From assembly GCA_049999805.1 (NCBI GenBank), contig JBNGIO010004204.1:1-64000 (forward strand): 64,000 nucleotides of DNA. The letters run 5' to 3'. Shown here one piece after another: positions 35,990-50,700 of the stretch; within the stretch, counting starts at the first letter, position 1, and every line of letters begins with the position of its first letter. A program made the translations under genes and the position numbers. The stretch is from Folioceros fuciformis. Its lineage: Eukaryota. The notes beneath the pieces were generated by a model. The model worked only from the letters and a program-made list of their open reading frames with translations, did no database searches and was not told the origin of the DNA.

Positions 35990-37350
35990 ATCCTATACCT
36001 AGCCTACTTTGTGAACTCGACGACTTGCTTCACATCATCCATCTTCGCTATGATTTGTTGTAACCTCTCCTTCAAGTTGCCCAGTCCAGATTGCATGCTT
36101 GCCTTCAAGGAATATAGCCCCACCTGTAGGCCTCCTTGCATGCTTTCCATATCACCCTCCATGGACTGCAACCCTTGTATCATTTCCCTCACTACAGCCT
36201 CTCAATCCACAACCCCTCCCACTGACCACCGTCTAATAATTCCCTTAATCACAGCAGCTTGGGAGCGTCGGAAACCCCTCCCACTGACCACCGTTAGCAA
36301 TTCCCTTAATCACAGCGGCCTGGGAGTGTCGCATTGTTGTCTCATCCCCTCTAATCGCAGCAGCTTGTGAGAGTTGTGCTACTGCCTCATCCTCACTTGA
36401 AGAGGCCACCTTTGAAGACGATGGCTCTCGTTGCCGCTTTAGGGTGCACATCCTAAAGCGGTGCCTATTGGGCGAAGCTGACTCCGCGTGCACCATAAAG
36501 CAGTGCCTATTGGGCGAAGCTGACCCCGCCTCCCCCTTTCAACTGCATCTCCTATGCATGAACAAGGGTTGGAGGCCTGTCGTTAAGTTGCCCACTCACC
36601 AATACAACCTCTCCGTCGGCAACCCCTCCCACTGACCACTATCTAGCAATTCCCCTAATCATAGCAACCTGTGAGCGTCATGCTACTACCTCATCCTCAC
36701 TTGAAGAGGCCACCTTCGAAGACAATGGCTCTCGTTGCTGCTTTAGGGTGCACCTCCTAAAGCGCCACCTATTGGGTGAAGCTGACTCTACAGTACACCC
36801 CGCCTCCCCTTCCAACTGCATCTCTTGCGCCTGAACAAGGGTTGGAGGCCTTTCCTCCTTCCAACTGCATTTCTTGAGCATCAACAAGAGTTGGAGGCCT
36901 CTCCCCCTTTCAATTGCATTTCCTGCGCATCAACAAGAGTTGGAGGCCTCTCCCGCTTTCAACTGCATCTTCTGCGTATGAACAAGGGTTGGAGGCGCAA
37001 CCTACGCATCAATGAGTGGCGCCGCACACTTGCCTCCAACACCTCCAGCAACAACGTGCGGCACTCCTCGAATCCGTAGCTTAATTTCGCAGACGTCGCT
37101 CAAGTTATTGTCTCTGCTACATGTTTAAATACCTTACATGTTGAAAACCCCATTTGCATCGTACATAGCCTTCCTCAACCTTCCTGGCTTGCTCCAATCC
37201 CACTTTCCTGCAGCAATGGTTGCAATGATTTCAGCTATTGCCTCTACAACACAACCCTCCTTGGTCGTGGCTTCCATTAGTAAGGCCATTACATCTTGCC
37301 TTAGCCTAAGGTTCCCTTCAGGAAAGGGGTGGAAGAGAGGAGGAAACTTA
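35990..37350 (-). mobile_element. Probable transposon-derived relic ORF region with internal duplications
   Basis: A block at about 36270-36580 recurs at about 36620-36850, followed by approximately 47-bp units ('aacaag(g/a)gttggaggcct...tccaactgcat'). The minus strand gives broken coiled-coil/acidic reading frames. The region lies next to the Gypsy relic. The family was not identified. Confidence 0.4.
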
Positions 37351-37485
37351 ATACGTCCACAACGTGGCCCCTAACCTTATACACAGCAACCCTAAAACCT
37401 GAGGTCGCAAACCAGGGCCTCCATTCACCATGAAGCCTAACCCTAAGCTGACATACTTGCCTAGATGTTAATATGAGCGTGCATG

Positions 37486-38055
37486 GTATGGAATACGGAT
37501 ACAGATAGGAGTTCTTTCACAAAAATTTTAGGACGACGGTATACGATGTAAACAGTTTGGACATAACGTTTGTGCCCGCTTCGGTCATAGGGCACAAAGT
37601 AGGTGTCCCGATCGGGACACCTACTTTGTTTTATCCCTCATGTCCTGGTCCGTCTCCTCTATGGAATACCAATGCCAACAGGGACTACAGACTCATGTTT
37701 GTTTTTTGTCGGAATATGTATTTTTTTATATACGAATATTCTATGGCATCTAAGGAATATTCCTCTACTCTACCCTGCCACATCATCCAACCCTACGTAC
37801 ACACCGTATAGCAATTGTTTTTCAAACATCTCTAACCTCTTTGTGGATCGAAAGAAACATAGTCTTTAAAGAATCGTCCAAGTCCACGACCTTGCTGTCT
37901 CCAGACGAGGTGCTGCGAGATGGACAGCTCAAGGTGCAATTGGAGTAGCAGGAGTGCCTATGGGCAGAGCAAGCACAGCACCAGCATAAGCAAGGTTCCG
38001 GAACTTCCTGCAGCTCAGGGGACGACACCGGCTTTTACCCTGGTCTACTGCCCTC
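37486..38055 (-). repeat. LTR-like repeat copy, reverse orientation relative to the Gypsy pol, containing a perfect 36-bp palindrome (37594-37629)
   Basis: 37486-37630 is an inverted match to 40931-41075, and 37614-38055 is a direct match to 40303-40737. Confidence 0.8.
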
Positions 38056-38059
38056 ATCA

Positions 38060-40150
38060 ACAACCGTGACAAGGTCAAAATCATCGCAGCTTTCCAATCA
38101 CCGACGACTCTGAAGGAGTTAAGAGGATTCTTGGGTATGGTTGGTTATTACATAAGATTCAACAAGAATTTTGCCAAGAGGGCTGCACCATTGATTAGTT
38201 TGTTGTGGAAGGACTAGGAGTGGGAGTGGACATCGCAAAAGGAGGAAGCATTAACGATATATAGTTCTGATATATGATTAAAGGGTTTATGCTTGATTTA
38301 AGATACGTTGAGTTATGGTTAAATAGTTTATGGTGTCGTTTCGTTAGAGTTACGACTCCAAGTGAAGAGCTACAACGTTTCACATTTTTTAGTTTAATTT
38401 GTGCTATATTTTATAGACACTTACTTCTTCTTTTCTAAGAGAACCAATTATGTAAATGTTTTTATAAAATTAATTGTTTTAATTGTATTTACTTATATTT
38501 CATCAAGCATTTTATGATCTGCGAACAATGCTCATTTCAGTGCCAACGCTCAAGGGACCCGAGTGGAGCAAGAAGTTTCATGTGTATGTCGATGTTTCAG
38601 CCTTTGCGATTGGAGTGGTGCTTAGCCAGCGGGGCGAGAAGAAACGAGATTATTCCATCTACTACGCTGGGAGGCAACTTACCGAGGCAGAGTGGAAATA
38701 CACCACCGCCGAGAGGGAAGCGTTAGGGATGGTGTACTCAGTCAAGAAATTTCAACACTACCTGCTCTCATATGAGTTTGTTTTCCATGTGGACCATTTC
38801 GTACTCAAACACTTGGTGAACAAGGTAGACTTGTTGGGTGACGGTAGATGAGGGCATGGTAGGAAATGAGAAGGGGAGGGTCGGCTTCATTAGACCCACC
38901 TACCAAGAAGTGTTTGAATTCCTGGAAACGGGAGTCATTCTTGTTGATTTGTCGAGGCAGCAGGTGCAGATGTTTGTGCACTACGCAAGACCATTCACTC
39001 GCAACGGGAGTGAGCTGTACAGAATGGGCCCAGATGGGCGAGAGAGACTTTGGGTGACGGGGAAGAAGATTGAGCGGGTACTGACGAGGTTGCATGAGGG
39101 AGAAGCAGGTGGGCACTTCGCTACGCACATCACCTACAAGAAGATGCTAGAGATTGGCTACTGGTGGCCAACCATGTACAAGGACACAACGGAGTTCGTC
39201 ATGAGGTGTGAAGCGTGCCAGAGAGTGGGTAAACCAATAGTGACAACGTAGTGGTCCTTAGTCCCGATTCTGGCTTTAGCTCCATTCGAGAAATGGGGAA
39301 TCGATTTTTTGGGACCTATCCAACCAAAGACTAGGGTCCGATAGAATCAGTACATCTTAGTGGCGACGCACTATTGTACGCAGATGGTGGAAGCGCAACT
39401 TCTTCAGGTTGACACAGCCCATGTGGTAGCTAAGCTTTTATTCAAGCAGGTGATTGCCCGCTATGGTTGTCCCTTGGAGCTGATGAGTGATCGAGAGACA
39501 CATTTTGATAATGAGGTTATCACTCACCTGGTGGAGCATTTCAACGTGCAACATCAACGAACGACTCCCTACAACTCAAAGGCTAATGGACTGACGGAGA
39601 AAGCGAATGGACTTCTGTGCCAAATCCTAAGCAAGCTGACAGTGGAGCACGCCTACGGTTGGGACCTCAAGCTTTACTCGGCACTATGGGCGTACAGGAC
39701 AGCAAAAAGGATCACATTAAAGAGGACGCCTTACTACCTTACCTATGGGCATCACCCGGTGATGCTAGTTGAGTTTGAAGTTCCAACCTTGCGCATTTAG
39801 ACGGAGAAGCGAATGTCAGTGGAGGAGAGCCAACTGGAGCGCCTGGTTAATTTTGTAAGGCACACTGAAAACTGGGAGCAGGCTCTGGAGGCGATGCAGA
39901 AAATGCAGGCAAAACGGAAAGAGTGGCATGATCGCAAGCTGAAGAAACAGGAATGGGTGGTATCTGGAGATTTAGCTCTGTTGTACGACAACAGGTATAT
40001 GCATTTCCTGAGGAAGTTGCATTTGAGGTGGATGGGTCCCTACCAGGTAGTTGAAGTTTTTGCCAACGGCTCCATTTAGTTGTAGCAGTTGGATGGGCAA
40101 CCACTGCCAACTAGAGTCAACGGTTGGCGAGTGAAGAAGTATTATGCATA
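38060..40150 (+). mobile_element. Decayed Ty3/Gypsy LTR-retrotransposon pol (RT C-terminus, RNase H, integrase)
   Basis: RT thumb 'KELRGFLGMVGYYIRF'; RNase H 'FHVYVDVSAFAIGVVLSQ...YTTAEREALGMVYSVKKFQHYL'; integrase zinc finger 'LHEGEAGGHFA...GYWWPTMYKD...CEACQR'; core 'PFEKWGIDF', 'ARYGCPLELMSD', 'TTPYNSKANGLTE'; GPY/F 'LRWMGPYQV'. RT-RH-INT order indicates Gypsy. It has multiple stops, an AT-rich insertion at about 38260-38500 and a deletion after RNase H. Confidence 0.93.
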
Positions 40151-40173
40151 GGTTGGTGAGGACGCCAACAATT

Positions 40174-41736
40174 AAGAAGGGGAGTATGTAGAGGAAAAAA
40201 ATATTCGGAATCCCCATTTTCAGTGACAGAGTGCGTGAGTCCAAACGAGTCTGTAGTCCCTGTTCGCATTGATATTCCATATAGAGGACGTGAGGGATAA
40301 AAGGGACACCTACTTTGTTTTATCCCTCACGTTCCAGTTCGTCTCCTCTATGGAATACCAATGTGAACAGGGACTACAGACTCATGTTTTTTTGTTGGAA
40401 TACGTATTTTATACACGAATATTTTGTGGTGTCTAAGGAATATTCCTCTACTCTACCCTGCCACATCATCTAACCCTAAGTACACATCGTATAGCAAATT
40501 TTTTTAAATATCTCTAATCTCTTTGTGGACCGAAAGGGACATAGTCTTTAAAGAATCGTTCGAGTCCACGTCCTCGCCGTCTCCAGACGAGATGCTGCGT
40601 GATGGGCAGCTCTAGGTGCAGTTGGAGTAGCAGGAGTGCTTATGGGCAGAGCAGGCACAACAACTGCAAAAGCAAGATTCTGGAACTTCCTACAGCTCAA
40701 GGGACGACACCGGCTTTTGCCCTGGTCTACTGCCCTCGTTCTTTGTGCCCGCGCCCTTCTCGCCGATTGCGGGCACCTCCTTCTTCTCACAGCTCTATAG
40801 TCCGGGATGGACGGTGAGCGGCGGGTGCGGAATCGGAGCCGCGGCGGCGGGCATGCCGGGTCTGAGCTGGATGTAGCAGCTGGGCTCCGTGAGCGGAGCG
40901 GGCGGCCAGTTGCTGCTGCAGGGCTCGCCGCACAAAGTAGGTGTCCCGATCGGTACACCTACCTTGTGCCCTATGACCGAAGCGGGCACAAACGGTATGT
41001 CCTTTATCTTTGCACCGTATACTGCCACACTAAAAGTTCTATGAAAGAACCCTTATCCGTATCGGTATTCCATACTCCTCCACTCACACTCATTCCTTTC
41101 TTTTAGTTAGTTAGGGTGGCGTGCAGCGTGGCTGGGTGTGAGTGCTTGCGAGGGTACGGGGCAGGGAGCCGGTGAGCGAGCGACATTGCTGCAGGCCAAG
41201 GGAGCAGGCGCGCGGGCCTGATTGGTGTAAGCCAAGTGAGCAAGGGAGCGCGCACCCGAGGTCTACAAACAGGGAGAAGGTGGCGGCGATAGTGCGAAGG
41301 GGACTGCGAAACCCTAAAGCAGAGGATGGCAAAGACTCCAGCAGGAGGGGTAGGGGGCAATGTGAAGCCCGTCAACATTGCTGCAAGTATTAAACTTGAG
41401 GCTGTGGGGGATGCGGACCATGCCCACAGCCTTGCCATTGTGCTGTATGAGGGGAATGGCGGCGCACCTGCAAGGCTGCCTTTAGACCTAATCACGGATA
41501 AAAGACACTCTGTATAAACCAAAATGAAGAAAAACAGTGTCCCTTTCGGTCCACAAAGGGGTTAGAGGTAGAGAAAATTTTTTGCTATACGGTGTATATG
41601 TACAGGTAGGGTTGGATGACGTGGCAAGGTAGAGTCGAGGAATATTCCTTAGATACCTTAGAATATTTAAATATAAAATATATATTCTAATTAAAAAATA
41701 TGAATATGTAATCCCTATCCCATCGGTATTTCATAG
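40174..41736 (+). mobile_element. Polypurine tract followed by a rearranged putative 3' LTR region of the Gypsy element
   Basis: 'aagaaggggagta' is followed by TG at 40187. Downstream sequence shares blocks with 37486-38055 in both orientations (40243-40302, 40303-40737, 40931-41075, 41535-41736). The LTR end is not defined. Confidence 0.55.
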
Positions 41737-41763
41737 CATGGTGCGGATGGCGCGGAAGTTTTG

Positions 41764-41828
41764 AATCCATATTTCCTGAAACCGAAAGCAGCTACATTAG
41801 CCGCTTTCGGTTTCAGGAAATATGGATT
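41764..41828. repeat. Near-perfect inverted repeat (31-bp arms, 1 mismatch, 3-nt loop) about 310 bp upstream of RPT6
   Basis: aatccatatttcctgaaaccgaaagcagcta-cat-tagccgctttcggtttcaggaaatatggatt. Confidence 0.9.
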
Positions 41829-42139
41829 GATTTTTATGGTCTATCCTAAAATTAGGACAGACCCTCTCTCCGCTTTGGTATGCCACGTATTTCACCTTTA
41901 GCTGGCAAACAAACCAAGCCGACACACGAATTGTATTTATTAGCCTTGTCACTTCGGCTTTCCATTTTGATTTTTGACAGTTTCATTGCGAAGTAGTCAG
42001 ACTATTTTATGAAAAGGGAAGCCGGAGCCTCGAGAAACGAAGGGTCCTGTCACAGTGAGCGGCACCTGAATTAGGGTGCAGCGCAACAGAGCAAACCGGG
42101 ACGTAGTGGCAGTCTCAGACCAGTGGAGAGCTGAGCACG

Positions 42140-44190
<2,051 letters not shown>

Positions 44191-44715
44191 AAAGATGCGA
44201 TCATTTTTTTGTACATATATTCCACAGCAGCTTGTCGGGACAGCTTTGTAACTGCAATTACTGGATTGGGTATTGTGAGCGGAGTCCTTATCAGACGACA
44301 CGCCTAGGTACACAAGGCATATTCTTGGTCTGAGGGACGAGGGTGTTCGGCTTGAGGTTGTGGGGATACAGAATATCTGGGGTGTCATCGTCAGGTCTGT
44401 TCCGCCTGGCTTGCTGTTGCCCACCCATTCAAACTCCTGGATCATAGTTAGGCCTACAGCTGGTCCACGGTGGCATGTGCCGAGAAACGCTGAAACAAGC
44501 GCCATACCTTACGTACTGTTCCAGCGTTCCGGTACGAATGTGTCGTCGGAGCTGGTACCTGTCATACACTTTTGCAGCGGATATGAACAAGATTTCGGCA
44601 AGTGGACAACGACTGGAATTGGAGTAGTCAAGTTCAGAATGAACCTAGTGTTCGTACATTACACAAGTTTTGCCGTGCAATTTGCAATTTCAGCTTCCAT
44701 ACAATCTTGCAACTG

Positions 44716-44815
44716 NNNNNNNNNNNNNNNNNNNNNNNNNNNNNNNNNNNNNNNNNNNNNNNNNNNNNNNNNNNNNNNNNNNNNNNNNNNNNNNNNNNNN
44801 NNNNNNNNNNNNNNN
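44716..44815. other. Assembly gap (100 N)
   Basis: Run of 100 n characters, probably a placeholder length. Confidence 0.98.
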
Positions 44816-44879
44816 GCGGTTCTCTCAGGCCCACACTCATCTATGCAAAAATACTGGACCAAAGTGGAGTTTTTCAAGT

Positions 44880-46359
44880 TCAAAGAACCTTCTTCTTCCT
44901 TCTTGCCCGCAATGCAGCGGATCGTTTCATACCCACGTAGTTCAGCAATGCCCCGAACAAAGCCAAATTCTGCAAAGATAGCCACGAGGAGTTAAGGCAA
45001 ACATACAGGAGGAAGTTAGAAGCCAAACACTTCAAACCACCCGGACCTTCAAGAAATGCGCGAACTCTTGACTGTATTCAAGACTGGCGATTTTGTAGTT
45101 ATAAAAGTCATGCCAAATAGGTGTCACAACCACGAGGAATAACAGCTGCACAGAGAGCGCCGACACAGATCTTAGTTCCCGTCAGCGCTCTCGTTCCACA
45201 TACGCAGCTACGACGGAAAGGAAATCCACAAGCCAAATTCATTTTCGGGTGTACAAATATCGTAATAATCTACTCTCAGCTGCGATTGTCACAGTCGGCT
45301 TACCAAGAGATACGCCCCAAAAATGCTGTCAAAAATGAAAAGGAATCCGCCCACGCCTTCTAACACTATTGCACCCACCAACAGGTGCTTGGCCTGCTCA
45401 GATCAGCTCATTAGTACTGTCGTATGCACCCTTTTGCCACTCCCGGCTAAGACAACAGAATAGTAGAAGGAGCAAGATGCTTACGTCAATCTCTGGCAAC
45501 TGGAAACCAGATCTCTTAAGCACATGCTCCACAAACGAATCCAGTTTCTTATCGGCAAGTGCCCCGGCGCCGGTTGCTTCAAAGCCAACGCTGAGCTGAC
45601 TGATCCTGAGACACACACGTGGACACTTAGGCCAAGAATTTCAACGGTTAAACTAACCCTCAGCAAGTTGGAGGAGGCCCGAATGTAACAGAGTTAGGTC
45701 CGGAACAAGAGCAGAGCTGTTGATTTCGCCCAGTGTTTGCACTCCACCTTGAAGAAGAAAATGGACACAACTCATTCCACATCACCTCCATAACCTCACT
45801 GCTTACTTCGATTCTCATCGGCACTGGCAGTTTCGGTATGCACAAGACTGTAACTGTTGAGGCAAAGGCACCTGCATGCTAAAATCACAGCGGGAGCAGG
45901 CTGAGATGCCACATGTTTTGCTTCAACCAGCAACAAATCCCGCAGTCTCAGATGCGGAAAACGCTGCCCAGGGCCGCGCTAAAGACACCAGACATACAGC
46001 TGCCAGGCAGACAGCGCCTGACCCTACCAGATATGCAGCTGCCCGCAAGACAGTGCATCACCCCCACGCGCGATAACCAGTCTCACAAGACCGATCTGGC
46101 ACGTTGTTCTTTGTGGGTCTCACAGATTGTAGGCGTGCGGAGCAGGGTTGATACACTCCTTGGGAGGCAGCAAAAAAAATCTGGGAAATTGACGACCTAA
46201 ACACACAAGAAACCAAACGCAGCACCAGAAGCAGCGGCAACACAAGCAAGCATCCCACAGCTGGCAAGCTGGGGAAGGAATGTGGACACACTTTTCTACA
46301 GCTGCCAAGATGAAGATGGCGGCAAAGAACAATCGGCCCACGAAGGATATGAAGCCCAT
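44880..46359 (-). CDS. HR-like lesion-inducing (Nicotiana lesion-inducing-like) family membrane protein, 5 exons
   Basis: The spliced reading is 'MGFISFVGRLFFAAIFILAAVEK / LSVGFEATGAGALADKKLDSF...LPEID / AKHLLVGAIVLEGVGGFLFIFDSIFGAYLL / LLFLVVVTPIWHDFYNY...FAHFLK / NLALFGALLNYVGMKRS...RRKKKVL*'. The MGF.SF.GR, TP..DFYNY and NLALFGALL motifs are typical of the family. Confidence 0.88.
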
Positions 46360-47369
46360 GTTGGTGACAGTGAGCTAGCGCGTCCAATCCCCCTCCCACG
46401 TCCCTTCAGCTCGAATTCCCACGTAACAATGAGGAAAAACCAAATGCAGGCGCGGCATGAGCCGACCACGAGTCAAAAACTTCGATGTCCTGGGTTTAGG
46501 TACCTACCCGATCTTATCGTTGACAGTGTATTCCAACGGCGCTCATAAGCACGTACAGTCACACAAGCAAAGAATAAGACTGCATACATTCAGAAGAATA
46601 CCATTGAGAGCTTATTAGTTAGGGGAGATCCGAAAAGAAAAAGTAAACAAACAAAAAGCAAAAGAAAGAATTAGAGGATCAAATTGAAAGGAGCCTGTAA
46701 AATGCTTACCCAAGGCAACAAGAGAGATATCCCATAGAGGGCCAAACCAACATCAAAAATCAAACGAATGCCCCTTTGTGGCCAAACCATTACTAAATCA
46801 CACCAACCAAAAGATGAAAACAAAGTATGCGTAAAACTCAAGCCAAGCCACCGGTAAACTATGCCATGTCTACCTACAAATGTGAAACTAGAGTCAGATG
46901 AGCTTTGAACCTTGAGCCTTTAGCTCATAGCTCAAAGCATTGAGTACACAACTCTCAACCACGTAAAAAAGCCAAGACTTTGGTATGACCTCACCTCTAT
47001 TTACAATCACTTTTAAGGTTTTGCTAAGGTGTGCACAATTTATGTTACTTAGAAGATGAGATCTTCTAATTCTAAACCCTACATACTTTGGACCTAGCTA
47101 GCACTTGTTCAAATTAACTTGCTATGTCATGAGTGAGTATTCTTATGCAATCTAGCAATATATGGGAATTCTTTGTTGGATCTCTTTTCGAGACAAAGAT
47201 GATTACTTAATATTAATACATGGAGGTATCTCTTCTTATGGTTTTTTGGCTCATTGAAGTTGTTGTCTTATTTCAGAGAGAATGATCTAAGTCGTGACTA
47301 AGTCATGTCTTTATGTCTCATGAGCTCCTTCATCAACAACAAGATTGAGGAGGATTAATTTTCGCTTCT

Positions 47370-47700
47370 AGTGGGATGGGATGGAAGATTCTGGAGGCCT
47401 TGAGGAAGGGCAAATGCGAATGGTGGGGTCATAGCATGCTAGGGTAGTGGAGTCAACAAAGGCTATGGAATCGCAAAGGCTTATGAGGGGAAGATCGGCA
47501 ACAAGCATGTTGGTAGATGTTGTCAATGTATGCAAGTTTGGAGTTGTTGAGGGTATGAAGGATATGGATGGAGGTGCAAGCTTTTGAGGTAAAGCAATGA
47601 CACAGGCCCATGTCCCTAGGCACACGTCAAGGGCACCCTCCCCACCACCTCCACAAGGGAAATCGAGGAGTGGGTGCGGCAATCATTGGAAGTCCTCCAA
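47370..47700 (-). mobile_element. Possible highly decayed non-LTR retrotransposon fragment
   Basis: The broken frame 'GGGGEGALDVCLGTWACVIA' loosely resembles the post-RT 'GGLG...A.LGSWA' region of CRE-like elements, and it lies in a transposon-rich AT island. The evidence is weak. Confidence 0.25.
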
Positions 47701-50700
47701 CATATGCCATCGTAAAAGAGGATGTATCCTTTCAACTTAAGTGTGATAAGTTTGCAAAAGGCATAGCACTTTTGTGAACAACGATTCCCTTTAGGAAATC
47801 CATTCCAATGCTAGTAAAGGCTTGGTCACAAGATAATACACTCAAGTGTTCAAGGTTAAAGTACTATATTCTATGGATGTGAGACTCTCAATTTTGCCAG
47901 CCCAATTGGTGCGCATGGTCAGGGGAATCTTGAACTCAATTGGTCGCATGGTTAGTGGAATGTTGAACTCAATTGGTCGTGTGGACGTGATTCCTAAGGT
48001 AGACTTAGGTTTTTTCTATCTTAAAACTGCCAAGGTTCAGGGTATGAGTGGATTCTTTACCCTCTTTGCCTCTAGAAGTAGTTTTCGAGAATCCAATGGA
48101 TCTCGCAAAGGGCTATTCCCAGCTCTTTGACTATCCAGACCTCTTGCTAAGGTAATATACTTGTAGGTTTCACATTCATCTTCAATAGGACTACACACTA
48201 TGAGCAAGTTTGGGATTTATGGTTTTCAATTTAGATGTCATGAGACAACAAAGATTTCTAGTAGGAGGGATTTGTGTCGCTTTTTTGTACGGTGCTTCAT
48301 TGGTTTGTGAATGTGGTTGCATATTAGAAATGTGTCACCTAGTGGACTGCAAAACCTTTCTTCAGTATGAACACCTCTAGACTTTTTTAGATTATTGGCG
48401 ACTAAATATTGGCCTCACTACTTGTGGCACGCATTGAGAATACTATGGCAAAATGAGATAGGTGGAACAACTTCTTTGAAGATATGAGAAATCAGTCTTG
48501 GACTTCATATGACTCAGCAAAGGAACACATTAGATACAGTAAGCATATCTTCTGCAAACGTAATGTGACTTGAAGCGTTTGTGTCAAACACAACTTTGGA
48601 TTTGCTATATCATGAAGAAGCACACACTTACTATCTTAGAGCTCATACTAGTAATATTTGCCCAAGAGGTTGCCACTGGCAAGGTTTGGATAACAACTCC
48701 AACATTGAGAGCACTATACATTGTCTTATCTAATGGACCCTACTTCTTCTAACAAACTTTTGTGCCAAGGGTGAGAGTCTCTTACCTTTAGAATGGTAGG
48801 GCTTTTGAAGGTGGAGGACGAATCGCACTAGTGATTGAAGCCAAGTTTGAGGCCCCTCATTAGATCTTTCAGATCTTGAAGTCCAAGAGAGTACTGGATT
48901 TGGCAAAACCACCCTTGCAGGTGCACCCTATTAGTGGTGTGGAGATATTTCTGCACCTCATTAACCATAGTAGGGTGTAAGCATGCTTTAGTGCTCACTT
49001 TAGTGGGAAATGGGTAAAATACATTTATTTTTTCCTCTTTAGTTTTAAGAAAATTTAATTAACTATTTGTGACTTGAATAAGATTGAATATTTTATAGCC
49101 AATAGGTGATAGGTAGTTAATGGTCCTCTTAAATTAGATTAATCATCAAATGAATAAAATATAGTAAATTAAATAAAGTAATGTTCAGGTGATATATCTA
49201 TTCATGTATGGCCCCTTTGTTGAGCAACCGACAAAATCACAAATGGTCTCTTTCTAAGTGTGTGTGCTGGGCGTGGGGAAAGGTGTGCTTGCTAGGCGGG
49301 AGGAAACTTGAACCCATGGCGGATCATTGGTGACCTAGCAGTTTGGCAAGATGCGCAGCCATGGCAAACATGCTTAGATGCAGAGTGTGACGGGAAAAGG
49401 CCGTGGCAAGCATGCATGGATCCAAAAGTGTGCTGGGAAATCGTAGTAGGGTGCGTTGAATCGATCGCAGGCTGACCGTCGTTGAGTCAAATCTGGTCGT
49501 GCATTTGTCTGATGGAACCTAGATCTAGCCGCGAGTGGAGTACCTAAGTGATGTTGCTGATCAAGCTTGCTGCTGCAACTGCCTTCATTCCATGGCGACC
49601 ATAGATGGTGAGTAGGCACACCTCATCCACCACATCTCTTACCCAATGATGAATAGGCTCACCCAACGGCCTTTTGCAGCCCAACTACTTAACGATTCCA
49701 GCTGCAAGGGCCTTAGCAGCCCATGCTTTTCTCTTCCATGTATTCAGTTATAGTGCAGGCACGATGTATGCCATATGCATGCATTCTGAGGTTTTTTCAG
49801 AATCCGGTCTCTTTGATTCTATCCTTGTAGCCACATGCCTTTGCCTATGCAGGTTTTCGTGCATTATGGTCTGCGTTTCGGAACCGAGAATTGCTATGAT
49901 CAAGTGGTTTTGCATGTGTCATTTCGTTTGAGGCTCGGAAGGACGTCCTTGCATTTGAGGGTTGCCAAATTCCCTGGTTTTATGTGTGGCAGATACATGT
50001 GTAAGTATTTGGACAACTCGAGTGTGAGGATGTGCTGCATTGCTAGCAAGGTCCAAACGATAGGTGAAATGCTCCGCCTACTTGTTGATTGTGGGGCAGG
50101 ATTGAGTTTTTGGTATGACTAGCATAAGTTGCAAGAGGATGATAACTGTAGAGGCGTTTTGGGTCTTTGTATTAGGACTGTTTGCTCATAGAGGTGTGGT
50201 TGTGTTTAGCGAGCTGGCTTGCCAACTTTTGCACCTGATTCTCATAGAGGGGTAGATGTGTTTAGGTTTGAGGCTTGCCAACTTCCCTGGTTTTGTGTGA
50301 AGCAAACACAATTGAATCGCAATACTATTGCGATTCAACTTTGAGAGCACTTTCAAGAGCATCTTCACCCCTAGTTATTTGCAATTGTCACTCCATATAG
50401 TTGTAAGTTGACAACCTTTGGTATACTAGCAGTTATTTAGTGTTACCCGTATTGGATGGCCATATAGGTGGATGGTTAAGAATGCCTTTAACATTATCTT
50501 TAGGGTTGTCATTTTTTTGAACTTAAGAATGCAAGCATACACCTGGTCTCCAAGAGCACGATGGATTATGCTCTTGGAGGTCAATCCATAGGCTCCCTTT
50601 TAGATTGAGTGGCATATAAGTAAAATAATTTGACTAAAGTTTATATTTTTGAAATAAATATTTAAGACAATAAAACTTAAGTTCTTTAAAAATATACATT

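Noticed and set aside
37614-40737. Interpreting the approximately 440-bp direct repeats as the paired LTRs of an intact Gypsy element
   Set aside because: They have no TG...CA termini, PBS, gag/protease or TSD, and the PPT points to an LTR start at 40187, not 40303.
44360-44995. ORFs spanning the N run
   Set aside because: These are artefacts of translating through the assembly gap.
50548-50579. Small hairpin CTCCAAGAGCA-N10-TGCTCTTGGAG
   Set aside because: An 11-bp stem with no supporting context, such as a clear Helitron CTRR end, is too weak to call.
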